This document shows, one piece after another, positions 12,608-23,774 of a stretch of 64,000 nucleotides of DNA. Numbering within the stretch: the first letter of the stretch is position 1; the number at the start of each line of letters is the position of its first letter. The position numbers and the translations under genes were made by a program. The stretch is from Utricularia gibba. Taxonomy: Eukaryota > Plantae > Magnoliophyta. Location of the stretch: the NCBI GenBank assembly GCA_002189035.1, contig CM007989.1, positions 7,316,001-7,380,000 of the forward strand, given 5' to 3'. The notes beneath the pieces were generated by a model that was not told the origin of the DNA, did no database searches, and saw only the letters and a program-made list of their open reading frames with translations.

Positions 12608-14140
12608 ATGGAAACCGGCGGAGGTGGTCTGGGAGTCGGGGTCGTTTCTACGGGGACCGCCTCGTCGTTGTCGTGGGCGCCTTTTCTTGGTAAGACTTAC
12701 GACATGGTAGATGATCCGGCGACCGATGGCGTGGTATCATGGAGCAAGGGTAACGATAGCTTCGTCGTCTGGAGCGTTCCTGAGTTTTCGAGGGATCTTC
12801 TGCCTAAATATTTCAAGCATAGCAATTTTTCCAGCTTCGTTCGCCAGTTGAACACTTACGTTAGTTTCTAAACTCGTTTACTTGTCGAGTTTTATCTCCG
12901 CAATGCTTTAGCTTTTCTCGATCGTCTGTTGCTTTTGTTCTGAAATTCAAGAATGTTTTTCGATTGCATTTGGTGTGATGTGATTATTTTTCTCTTTGAT
13001 GGGAATATCGAGTCCCTAGTGATTTTGTTATTTCATTTTGTCAATCAGGGGTTTAGGAAAATTGATCCTGATAGGCAGGAGTTTGCAAATGAATGGTTTA
13101 TTAGGGGTCAGAAGCATTTGCTCAAGAGCATTTACAGGCGCAAAGCCTCCCAAGTTCAGAATCCATCTGTTTCATTAGGCATTGAAGATGGAACATTTGG
13201 GATGGATGAAGAGGTTGAAATGTTGAAGAAAGACAAGAACATACTGATGCAAGAGCTTATCAGGTTGAGGCAGCAGCAGCAATCAACAGACAACCAACTG
13301 CAGAATGTTGGTCAGCGTGTTCATCTGATGGAGAACCGCCAAAAACACATGATGTCGTTTCTGTCAAAAGCTATGCAGAAACCTGGCTTCGTAGCACAGT
13401 TGATGCAACAGCAGAATGACACGAACCTACATATTTCTGGCGGAAATAAGAAAAGGAGAATTCCTAGCCAGAATGAAGAAATTCTATCTAAGAATTTGAG
13501 TGTTGCATCACTTGATGGACAGATTGTGAAATACAAGCCGCTCATGAATGAAGCTGCAATGGCAATGTCAACTCAGATCCTGAATATGAGTTCATCTAGT
13601 CGACTTGAGTCAAAATATATCAACGCTAATGGTTTCTTGATTGGTAATGGATCCCCTCATAGTGTGTCAGATGCTGGCAGCTCTTCTGATAGAATGTCCT
13701 TAGTGGCTCTTTCAGAGGTTAATTCAAACTCTCTTCGAACAGAACCCTGTTCTTCTACAGGATTTTTGAATCAAGAGCTGGTCGGCATGCTCTTTCCCGA
13801 AACAAAGGCACAGGATTCTACTCATGTACGAGCCGTCAACTTACAGAAGAACATTGAGGGAGTGGAGGCTGCATATTTAGAGCACGGGAACATAGTTGAT
13901 GGTTTTGTTGATGCCCCTGTTCCCGTTGCATCAGGTGATTTGCTGGTGGATGCAATGATTGATGATGTTCCTACACTACCGGGCATACATGATGTATTCT
14001 GGGAACAGTTTCTTCCAGGCAATGTGCAGCCGGATGAGCAAGACATGGAGCATCAAGAACTTGAATGGGGAAAACTGAAAAGCTTAAATACTCTTGCTGA
14101 ACAGATGAGGCTTCTTGCATCAGTCTCCAACAGTGGCTGA
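12608..14140 (+). CDS. Heat shock transcription factor class A (A1/A8-like); exons 12608-12859, 13049-14140
   Basis: [36 protein letters not shown]|GFRK with the canonical HSF intron, HR-A/B with class A insert, NLS NKKRR, GQIVKY, AHA motif DVFWEQFL. Confidence 0.93.
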
Positions 14141-14563
14141 GAGATACTAAATGGATCATTAACTAGCCTCAGATGAGAAGTTGAGCTTCCTCTGTTCTAC
14201 ATATTATCTAGCATCGTCCCTTCATGACAGAACATTCAACTTAGCTTCCCAGTTACTTTTCAATTCTGGAATGTCCCCGTGTTAATATTTTTGTTGGTGA
14301 CTGTTTCTTCAGATCTGATTTTAGCGTGTTTGATGCATGAAACATAACTAGCTACATTGCGATGCAGTCCTTCAGTATCTTTTGGGAGTTGGAACTCCCC
14401 CATTGATTTTGTCTCCCTAAATTCATACTTTGTTTACATATGGATGTATGACTGAATGATTCGAAGTTAATTATACATGAGCTCCTTGCATTCTCATGTC
14501 TGGTGCAGGATTTGCTTCGTTGCTAGCGTTCTCCTCCTGGCTCCTCCTTCATTCTCTAAGTAC

Positions 14564-15780
14564 CTATCTGAGCTCCTCAGCCATACTATACAATGTCTTC
14601 CTATAACGAATAAGAACGTGAAGGGTGCTGTTGCCCTTTCTCCTCTGGTTCTTGAATATGGTTTCTGCTAACTTAGCAACCGCATCTGAACATCTCACGA
14701 CACGAATCAAGGCTAGTGTTGCAATATTCTTTCCCACTCCATGTCCGCATAGGCTTCGAAGCGATGATCTGCAGTGACTGTAGCGCCGGAAACTGAACAT
14801 TCTCCATCCTCCATCGATGACCAAGTTTGCATGAATCCAAAACCAGTCTACTGAGGTTGGGCAGTGCGGTTCCCATCAGTTTCGTGAGTCCCAAGTCAAT
14901 GGAGCAACCGGTGATTACTTTTAGTGAGGAAAGTGGGAACAAGGTGATGCTTTTTGTGGTGCTGTCCAAATCCTCATGAAATATGGAAAGCTCCTCTTCT
15001 TCCCCTTGGCCTTCTTCAACTCCTTCATCCTGCTCATCCTCTTCATACTGGAGCACTTTGAGAATGGGGAATTTGTCATAGCAGGTCATATCGACATGAA
15101 GGCTGTCGTTTGCCATTCTCCTTTGGTTTCTAAGTAGTCGCTTTCCGGATTCCACGGCCCTATCACAGCGCCCGTCGATGCGTACACCTGCCAGTGTTGC
15201 GGTATTCCCCATGTCTAGAGGAATCTTCTCCAGGTTAGTGTCATGCTTGATTACTAGAGTTGTGAGGCTAGAGAAGTTTGATGAAAGTAATTTACACAGA
15301 CCAATCTTCAGATACACCTCCCATCGTCCATTGATGGCCTGGATCGCAGCCATACAGAATCTGCTTCTTCAGACCGATCAAGGTTGCGAACAGCTCTGTA
15401 TGCTAAGAGTAAAGAGAGCCCTATTTGAGCGACTGTGGGTACCTGGTGCCCGTGTTATCAAGCTCCACACTGCGTATATGCACCTCCTCCAGTTGATGCC
15501 AGCATTCGATGTTCTCAAGACAGTAACTTGAAAGCTCTTCATTGCAGAGATCGTATGAAATGCCAAGGAACTTCAAGTTTGGAATTCGTTCTATCCTGGC
15601 ATTGAAGCACTGAAACATCTTACCATGGAGCTTCCACAGTTTCAGGTATCATCGGCTTTCGCTGAGTATGAGCATGGAGAAGTGGTCCATCGTGCATGGA
15701 GGAATAATATGTTTGAAAAGTTGGGGCATAACCCAGTTCGCATACTGGGATTCGGATTCAGGACTCGCCAACTCTGGCCC
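14564..15780 (-). pseudogene. Degenerate NLR LRR-region remnant (R1/NRC-like CC-NLR C-terminus), internally duplicated
   Basis: Peptides WVMPQLFKHI, ERIPNLKFLGISYD, YPQSLK, LEKIPLDMGNTATL..AVESGK..NDSLHV, then FPILKVL, LPNLSRLVL, FPALQSL, NIATLALIRVVRCSDAVAKLAE..GNSTLHVLI resemble asterid R1-like LRRs; several in-frame stops and frameshifts; no NB-ARC. Confidence 0.65.
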
Positions 15781-15832
15781 TGAGCTTGAACTTTTATAAA
15801 TATTACTATATGCTGAAATAGAGAGTCATGAA

Positions 15833-18800
15833 CTATGCAGGTATTCGCACAACGGATCCTCCCACTTTGAGATCACTGAGGAGTGTCACTTCCCGCATCT
15901 TCATACGGTCAAGAAGCTCTTCTGCCTCTGCATTTCTACCTGCTGATGCGTACAAATGAACAGCAGCACTTGAGACGAACCTGTCCTCCTCCATGTAAGT
16001 CCGACATTCACTTTCAATGAACCCTATTCCTGCATCCACCAGCCCACATTCCATATACCCTCTCACCATGATATGAGCCGTTTCACGGCTGGGGTCCCGA
16101 ATCTGTCTGTATATCCGATCTGCTTCTGCCATCAACCCCATCTTGGCATATGCTGAGAGCAATGGCTTGAAGTGAGCGCAGGAAACTGAGAGGCCTTTGT
16201 GTTGCATCAACTGAATGGTTTCTTCGGCTTCAGAGCATTTCTGCTGATGTGTGTAGGCCTTGATGATTGCAAGGTAGGTTTGGGAGTCCGGTGAGCAACC
16301 TCTGTCGTGCATATGGTGTAGGAGTCTTCTGGCTTCTTCGCACATTCCTTTGGAAGCGTAAAGGTTCATGATGATATTGCAGCCCACCTGAACAGCATCA
16401 TGATCTGATCAAGGAATGTGAAAACTGTCAAAAGCTGCAAGAGAGTTCGGTGGAGGTAACACTTACTTGCCCAAGAGTAATCCCTTCCTGTTGCATTTTT
16501 CTGAATAGCTTTAATGCTTCATCAGCTTTGCCTGAAGAAAGGAGACCCATGAGAACACGAAGCACAGGATGGATTCAATGATGGAGAATACATAACAGGC
16601 ATAGAAACAGGTCAGAGACCAGCTTTTCCATAGTGGAAAATCATGTTAGTGTATATCTTCTCATCTAATGCATTCCCTGAGCTACGGGCCAGGTTGAACA
16701 TCTCAATGGCTTTGTCGAGCTTTCGGCTACGTCCGTAGACACTGCAAAATCATGAAAACAAACCCCATATGAATAAAACCTCCCAGTGTTCATGAATCTC
16801 ATGTTAACAGACTACCTTATCATTGTATTGTAGGTCTGGATTGTTGGAGTATTGCCGAAGGAGCACATGCGCTCAAAAATGCTGACAGCAAACCGAAGCT
16901 TACCTGAATCACTAAAATGCAGTTTCACCTCTCCAGAGAAAACACAATGGAAACAGATATAGACACTGAATCATGATCCTGTAAGAGATCTACCTGCTTC
17001 CAGCATTGCATTTATGCAAGTGTTGTATGCCACTGTATCCAGCTCCATGTTCTCTGTGAAACAACCTTGAATTACCTCACGTGCATCAGAATGCTTACCT
17101 GCCAAATAATATAAAAAAAAACCATGAACTGATGTGCATTTCAGTGAAAACTAGAGTTACCATTCATAAAGAAATGGATGGGCTACTGAAAAAAGAGCAA
17201 AGCATCATGCAGAACAAATATGCATGTCATACCAGATGTAATCAAAGCTTTCACCAGCATGCTAATGGAAACTGGGCCTAACTTTTGGCCTCTCGTGATC
17301 TGTTCCCTAAAAAATGCATATGCTCGATCTTCCATTTTACATGCCACATACATGGAAATCATTGAGGCGCATGGAGCCTCCTGATCTGTGGCAGAATCGC
17401 CCACTGTAGCAAACACTTCCTCAGCTTGCTTCCACATCTTTTCTTTCCCATACAAGTTGATCATCATTGCCTTTGTAGTATTGTTTATTGCACATCCAGA
17501 TAGTGTCATCAGTTCATAAAGAAGTTCCATCCTTGGTACATTTCCTGCAAATGAAGTTTTCATCAAACCATCAGAAGGAGTACAGGATCACTACCCCATA
17601 AAATTGAACAAACCAGTTTTCTCCAGAAATAGAGGCAGGTATAAAAACCAAGGCATCCAGAAAGAAGACTATTACCTTCTTTTGCAAATTTGACAAGAAC
17701 TCTATTTGCAGGGAGCTGTCCAAAATGGGTTTTAAGTAGAGACTGCAACTTCAGTTTTTCTTTTTCTTCACTTTGGCAAACCAAGAAGAGGGTGATGATT
17801 AGTTCAACCGCAAATGTACAAGACTGATCGCATGGCTCAGACAAGTATTCAGATTGTGCTAATCTGCTAATCTGACCATCCATAGCAAGAAGGAAAACAT
17901 GAAAGCTTGGGACAACTTCAAGATTTTTGTCAGCTCTTAATTCGTTCATCATACTTTCCACTTCTCTAAGCATGCCTTCATTGCAGTAAACTGTAATGAC
18001 CCTCATGAAAAGATCCTCATCAAATATAATTTTATCTTTCCTGATCTGCGTGATAAATGCCTTTGCCTTTTCATACAAACCATGCTTTATATATAAACCA
18101 AGCAGATCTTTAGAAGCAGTAGAATCATGATTCCCACTCGTCGACAGAGCTGCATACACAGCTTCTGCGGATGCAAGGTCCCCTTTCAAACTATAGCATT
18201 GGAACAATAAATGGTATGAAAATCTAGAGCATGAAATGTTTTTACACTTCATCTTCCCCATCACTTCAAGAGCCTTATCGACATTCCCATGATTCAAATG
18301 AACTTCTGCCATTGTGGTATATGTCTTTTCATCACTAAGTTGACCTGATCTCGAAATTTCTGCAAAAGTCTTCTCTGCTTCCCCATACAGTCCAAGTTTC
18401 CCATATATTCGAATAAGTAAACCATATATGACTTCATCTGCAGTAATACCATACTTCTCCATTTCACAGAAAAGAGAATGGGCTAGGGTATACTCAGCAG
18501 TTCTGCAATATAATGCTAGCAGTGAGGCACATGTAAAGTTGCTGGGCACTATTCCATGAGATCTCATATCCTCATAGAGACGAAGAGCCTCATCTCTGTC
18601 TCCATTTTTAGACCTCAAGTTGATCATAAGGCTATAGGTTGCCTCTTCGGGAACAAATCCAACATTTTTCATCTCATTAAATAACTCTATGGCTTCATCA
18701 TCCATCCCACCTTTAACCAGAGAACCAATAACAACTGTATAAGTAAAATGATTAGGGGTTACCTTTTTATCTATCATCTTCTGCCATACATATAACACAT

Positions 18801-19703
18801 CACGGTGAAGTGATTTCTTTTGCAGAGAAGACAGCATAAAGTTAAATACAGCAGGTGACAACACTATTCCCCTATCTTCCACAGCAGAATAGAATGATAG
18901 CATGGCCTTGTGGCGTCCCCATCTAGCATACGAACACAACATTGTCCCACAAGCAACCTCATCGGGTTGGCACCCTACTTCAAGCATCTCCAAAAAAGTC
19001 TCTTCAGCAAGCTTAATCTTGCCTATTTGTCCATATGCTCTTAGGAGAATGGTGTACACAATAACGCTGGGTCGATAGCTTAGCTGTTATGAGAGAAATC
19101 TACATTACAAAAATGATTGAATACACCATCAGAACATAAAACCAGGAAACCAATAAAGGACAAAAAAACCTGCAATTTCATCCACGCAAAAAAGTTCCTA
19201 ACTTGGCGCCAACTTTTCTGCTCTTTCAAGACTACGCACATCTCTCTAAAGCTAAGCTTCGCAACAAACGAAGCCATCACTTCCCTCATATCATACTCCC
19301 CATTACGCAACTCCGACGTACTTCTCACTTTCTTAATCGCCGCCACCACATGACGCCCATACAGATTCCCATTTCTATCGTCTTCAAGATACTGCACCAT
19401 CTGTTCAGGCGTACGTTTGATCCATTTGGGTGTCTGTACACGCGAGCCTTGGTTCCGCCTCAAAACACTCAAATACTTCGATTTTGCTTTGATTATACGG
19501 CGAGCGTTATCGTCGGAGAGCGGATTCTTAGCGTGCTTCGATCTGGGCTTCGGCTTGTTGAGGTTTTCCGGGTTCCCTGAGCTCAGCGTCCATGGGTCGG
19601 GTCTAAGGCAGCAGAAAATAGTAGAAGATGGTCGCTTCTTCAGTGGTTTCTGTGGAGCGATTGCCGGTGGCAGCTGCAGGAATGAGGATTTCAAGGACTC
19701 CAT
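15833..19703 (-). CDS. EMB976: P-class pentatricopeptide repeat protein, At5g27270/EMB976-like, plastid, multi-exon
   Basis: N-terminal RPDPWTLS.G..KNPLSDDNARRIIKAK..LRRNQGS..QTPKWIKRTPEQMVQYLEDDRNG.LYG.HV and LSFREMCVVLKEQK.WRQ, followed by many 35-aa PPR motifs (VYTILLRAYGQIGK, TYTVVIGSLVK). Confidence 0.88.
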
Positions 19704-19892
19704 TCCATGAAGGCGTGAATGGCGCGCTACCCGCAGAGCAATGTGAAGAAATCAGAGAAGACACGAGCATGACGAATGGATATTTTTCTAGTGAAAGTCC
19801 GTGGAGTTCAACGGGCCTGGTCAAGATACAGGGCCCAAAATACTAAATAAACTTGAAACAAGTGTAACTGCATCCTCTGCACTCTGTGAACG
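19704..19892. promoter_or_regulatory. Compact bidirectional promoter between the PPR and SMG9 genes
   Basis: Divergent ATGs only about 190 bp apart; site II-like GGGCC/GGCCCA motifs at about 19813 and 19832. Confidence 0.7.
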
Positions 19893-21627
19893 ATGGCCTC
19901 TTCGAGTTCGAACCTCGCGCAGGCCCCTAAAATCTTGCTAGCAAAGCCTGGGGTAGCGAATCGAGCCGGCGCCGGCATCGCGGACGACGACGCGGCGGCA
20001 CTGCGTGCAAACTTCCAGTCACTTGGTTCCCTAAACCTCTTGTCTGATTCGTGCGAGTTCCAGATAGATCGATTTTTGCCGGTCCGTTGTTTGGAATTCT
20101 AAGGTTTGGTTCTGTGGTTAACAGCTTAATCAGTTTTCATGTATGCAGTTTTTGACGGATAATACAGAGTTTACGGTAGTGGGCGTAATTGGCCCAACAG
20201 GCGTCGGGAAATCCACCATTTTGAATGAAGTTTATGGGTTTGATTCATCTTCACCAGGTATGCATGCTCAGGGAGCTCTCTGCGTTAACCCTAGGCATTC
20301 ATTCGCATTACGTATGCTCGTACATGATGCTTCTTGTGCATGTACGTCAGGGATGCTGCCTCCGTTTGGTTTACAATCAGAAGAAACGAGAGCATTGGCT
20401 AGGCATTTTACCACAGGGATCGAACCTCGGGTTTCCTCTGAAAGGATCATTCTACTGGACACTCAGGTTCTGTGAAATTGCCTATCCGCTACTTTTTGAG
20501 TACTATGATGGGGATGGAGAAGAGTAACATTATCTTGTTTTGGTGAAATATTTGCAGCCAGTATTCAGCCCTTCACTTCTAGCAGAAATGATCAGACCTG
20601 ATGGGTCATACGCGGTGTCATTGATCAGTGGAGAATCACTATCTGCGGAATTGGTGCATGAAATGATGAGCATAATGGTAAACGTCAGGATCCAATTGTC
20701 TGCTATTTCTGATTCTGCCTCTTGATGCTTAGTACCAGCAAGCTGACATCATTGTGTCTGCTGCAAGGGATGACTGTAGCTTGGTGTGCTTCTTGTCTCT
20801 ATTTGTCATGTAATTATCGTGGTATCGGAGGGAGCTTCAGACAATAGCATGTGGCGCCTAATGAAAACGGTCAGCCATTCCAACTCCTGAATCATTAGGC
20901 TAGTGAGCTCTTGTTTTATCATGCAATTTCAAATGCATTTACCATTTCATTGCGCTTAAGCAGGTTGATTTACTGAAGCATGGCATACCTGATCCATCTT
21001 CAGCAACACTTTCTCATCCACAGAACAAAGAAAGAGCTATTAAACCACTTGAGGTTCACGATGAGTACATTGCTACCCCAATCTTCGTGCATAACAGGTG
21101 AGTTTGGGAGATTTTTCTTGTTATGTGCTGCGCGGAGTAACAGCATCCTGCTCTACAGGATCCGTGACCAAGACAGCGCACCAAGCAACGTTCTTCACAT
21201 GAAGAAAATGCTTCAACAATATTTTGGCTCCTCTTCGTATGCAAAAATTAAGTTTCAAGATGGTTCTAAGGATCCTCCCAAGAGTTCAGATGACAGTCTG
21301 AAGTTGTTTGTCATTCCATCGAAGCGTACCACCGATAGTATGAGACTGCAGCATCAAAGCTTCAACTGTGCAATATGGAAACTAAGGGACCAGGTTATCC
21401 ATTATCTTTGTATCTGCAGAAGGCCATTTCATATCTAGACTAAAAGGATTATTGGTTGTCTGATCTTTCTGAAGGTTCTATCTATGCCCACTCCTGCTTT
21501 CTCAAGGACTGTTTCAGAGCGAGAGTGGTTGAAGAATTCTGCTAAGATATGGGAACTTATAAGAGCCTCCCCCATTGTTGCTGATTACTGCAGAATGCTG
21601 CAAAGTTTGGGACTATACAGGAAATAG
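19893..21627 (+). CDS. SMG9: Nonsense-mediated decay factor SMG9-like P-loop protein, multi-exon
   Basis: PKILLAKP, VVGVIGPTGVGKST (P-loop), GIEPRVSSERIILLDTQPVFSPS, VDLLKHGIPDP, PIFVHN, KLRDQVLSMP..SEREWLKNSAKIWE. Confidence 0.88.
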
Positions 21628-21970
21628 TTCTATGTCACGAATAATCTATTCGCATTTTTCTATGTGACCCTGCCTGTAAAAAGTCCATTTGAACTGCATT
21701 ATTCTAGAACACATTCAAAAAAAAGGATAGAATTGATCCTCCGCTAAGTTGATGCAGATGGCTGATAGTTTCACTCAATGGTGACAAGGCTTTAGAACAC
21801 AAACTAGACATACCAATGTTGCAGATTGCTAGTGACCATATGGTGTTCATGAAAATTGCACCGATCAAACAACCACAATCTGATCAGAATGTTATAAAAT
21901 GTGATGAAGTGCATGCTTTTATTTGGGGTGGACAGATGGATTCACATTCCCACTATGAAAACGAGCCATC

Positions 21971-23195
21971 TTACTGCTTCTTGGGGTGCCAGGGCTCGTA
22001 TCTTGTCCAGTCCCTTTGACCAGGGTTAAGGGCATGTCCTTTGGAATGATAGATGAATTCCTCTCCCTCACCAGAGAAGTTCTCTTTGTGCTCGACTCCG
22101 TATCGTTTTGGCTTCAAGAGAAGCAGCTATGGACAACCCGAAACATTACATTCAGCAATACATTACACAGTTGCCCACGTCGTAGTTTGATTAGGATGTA
22201 ATCAAACCTCATCTCCTGTGTGATCTGTAATATGGTGAAGCCAGCCATGCCATTCTGGTGGAACTTGTGAAGCATTATACCGATCCTTGGAAGCATATTC
22301 CACCCACCTGTGCCTTCCTGATTTTTTAGCGACATTGATGGAGTAAAGATGATTAGATGTCTCCAGAATGTGATAACAGCTTCTCATCAAGGTTGCATGA
22401 GCAGGATTAAAAATTTGATAAACGCTAGACAGGAAACTTGCAAACATTCAACAGCAGGATGACGAATTGAGAATGCTTGAATTATACACGTACGAACGCG
22501 GGCTTACCATGTTGAGTATCTCCAAGGCTCTGATAATACTTGTTACCAAACTTATCAACACCCACAACTGTTGCTCCTATGTTGTGAATCTTTGTTTGCC
22601 TAACATTGGTTAAAGGAGATGAGAGACGAATTGTTAATGATGATCCTGAATTAAAAAATCCATATCAGCATGTGCCTCGACCAAAAAGAAAAGAACCATG
22701 TTCAGACGAATGCACTAGTTCTGAACTACAAACCACAGCGGATAAAGAAAAGCAAAAGAAAATAAAATGCCCTAACCAGCTAAGTTGAATTTCTTTTTCT
22801 GATGATCTGTACACGATTTTAAGGAAAAACAACCGTACTTACATGAGATTTCCATCCAGAAGAGCGCTCCTGCACATTCGAGAAAGAAAACAAATCACAC
22901 CAAAATATCAGATTTCACAAATTTTTCTGACATTGAATCCTAACATAGCGAGAGAGAAATTGGCTTCAATTCCACAATTTTTTTTCAGAAATCACACACG
23001 CCGCGATCCGTTTCTCGACAGGAGATCTTAATAAAAAAGCGAAAAAGACGAGTACGCCTAAAAATAAAATGCGCAAAATTCAGTGAAACCGAAAATGGAG
23101 ACAAACAGGTATCCTTCATCACGAAGCTCCCTAAAGAAGCCTCCAACGCCCTTCTCCTTGATCAATTTCACCGCGGCCCTAACCACCGACGCCAT
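21971..23195 (-). CDS. NDUFA12: NADH dehydrogenase (complex I) alpha subcomplex subunit 12; includes a micro-exon of about 27 nt at approx 22842-22868
   Basis: QTKIHNIGATVVGVDKFGNKYY, GRHRWVEYASKDRYNASQVPPEWHGWLHHITD, KPKRYGVEHKENFSGEG..YHSKGH..WTRYEPW. Confidence 0.94.
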
Positions 23196-23276
23196 CGGAT
23201 GTCTAATCTCGCTATTCCCTCTCCACTGCCTGTTGCCAAGCTCAAGCAAACGACGACAAACCTGCGGGAAAACGCT

Positions 23277-23298
23277 TGGGCTTTAGTGGGCTTGGGCC
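23277..23298. promoter_or_regulatory. Cluster of three site II elements (TGGGCY) upstream of NDUFA12
   Basis: TGGGCT 23277, TGGGCT 23287, TGGGCC 23293; site II/TCP elements are established in plant respiratory-chain gene promoters. Confidence 0.7.
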
Positions 23299-23774
23299 GA
23301 ATGTATATCATTATAAAAAGCCTCAATACCTCAGCCCGTCGCCTGCTCCGCGAATCCCTGTTTTTTATTTTTAAATATATTCGACTTATTTCTGAAAATA
23401 AAAAGAGACAGGGGAATATTCCCGAATCTGAGTCTCAACTCTCAAAACATCGTAGATGAAGGAAACCAGAACAGAATCTGAGTGTCAACTCTCATGGAGA
23501 GCTTCTTATATGATCCATAGATAATTCCTCTATCATAAATCAACATGAAACGGGACCAGCATTTTCTTGCTGAAACAAGGATCACCTAATCCTGTACATG
23601 CAATCGTATAAAATCTACAGTATGTGTTACCTGTTGTTGGCACCTCGTGCTACTGCTGCTTTTCCCTCCATGGAGGCTATCTTCAGGAATGAGGGGGGTT
23701 TACGTGGTGGGTGAGGTTAAATAGTTATTCATCTCCTAGAGCTTACATGCAGCTGGTAGATTTTATAAGGGATG

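Noticed and set aside
12953-13048. In-frame ATG inside the HSF intron extending exon 2
   Set aside because: Lies in the canonical HSF intron and has low-complexity intronic composition; no evidence it is used.
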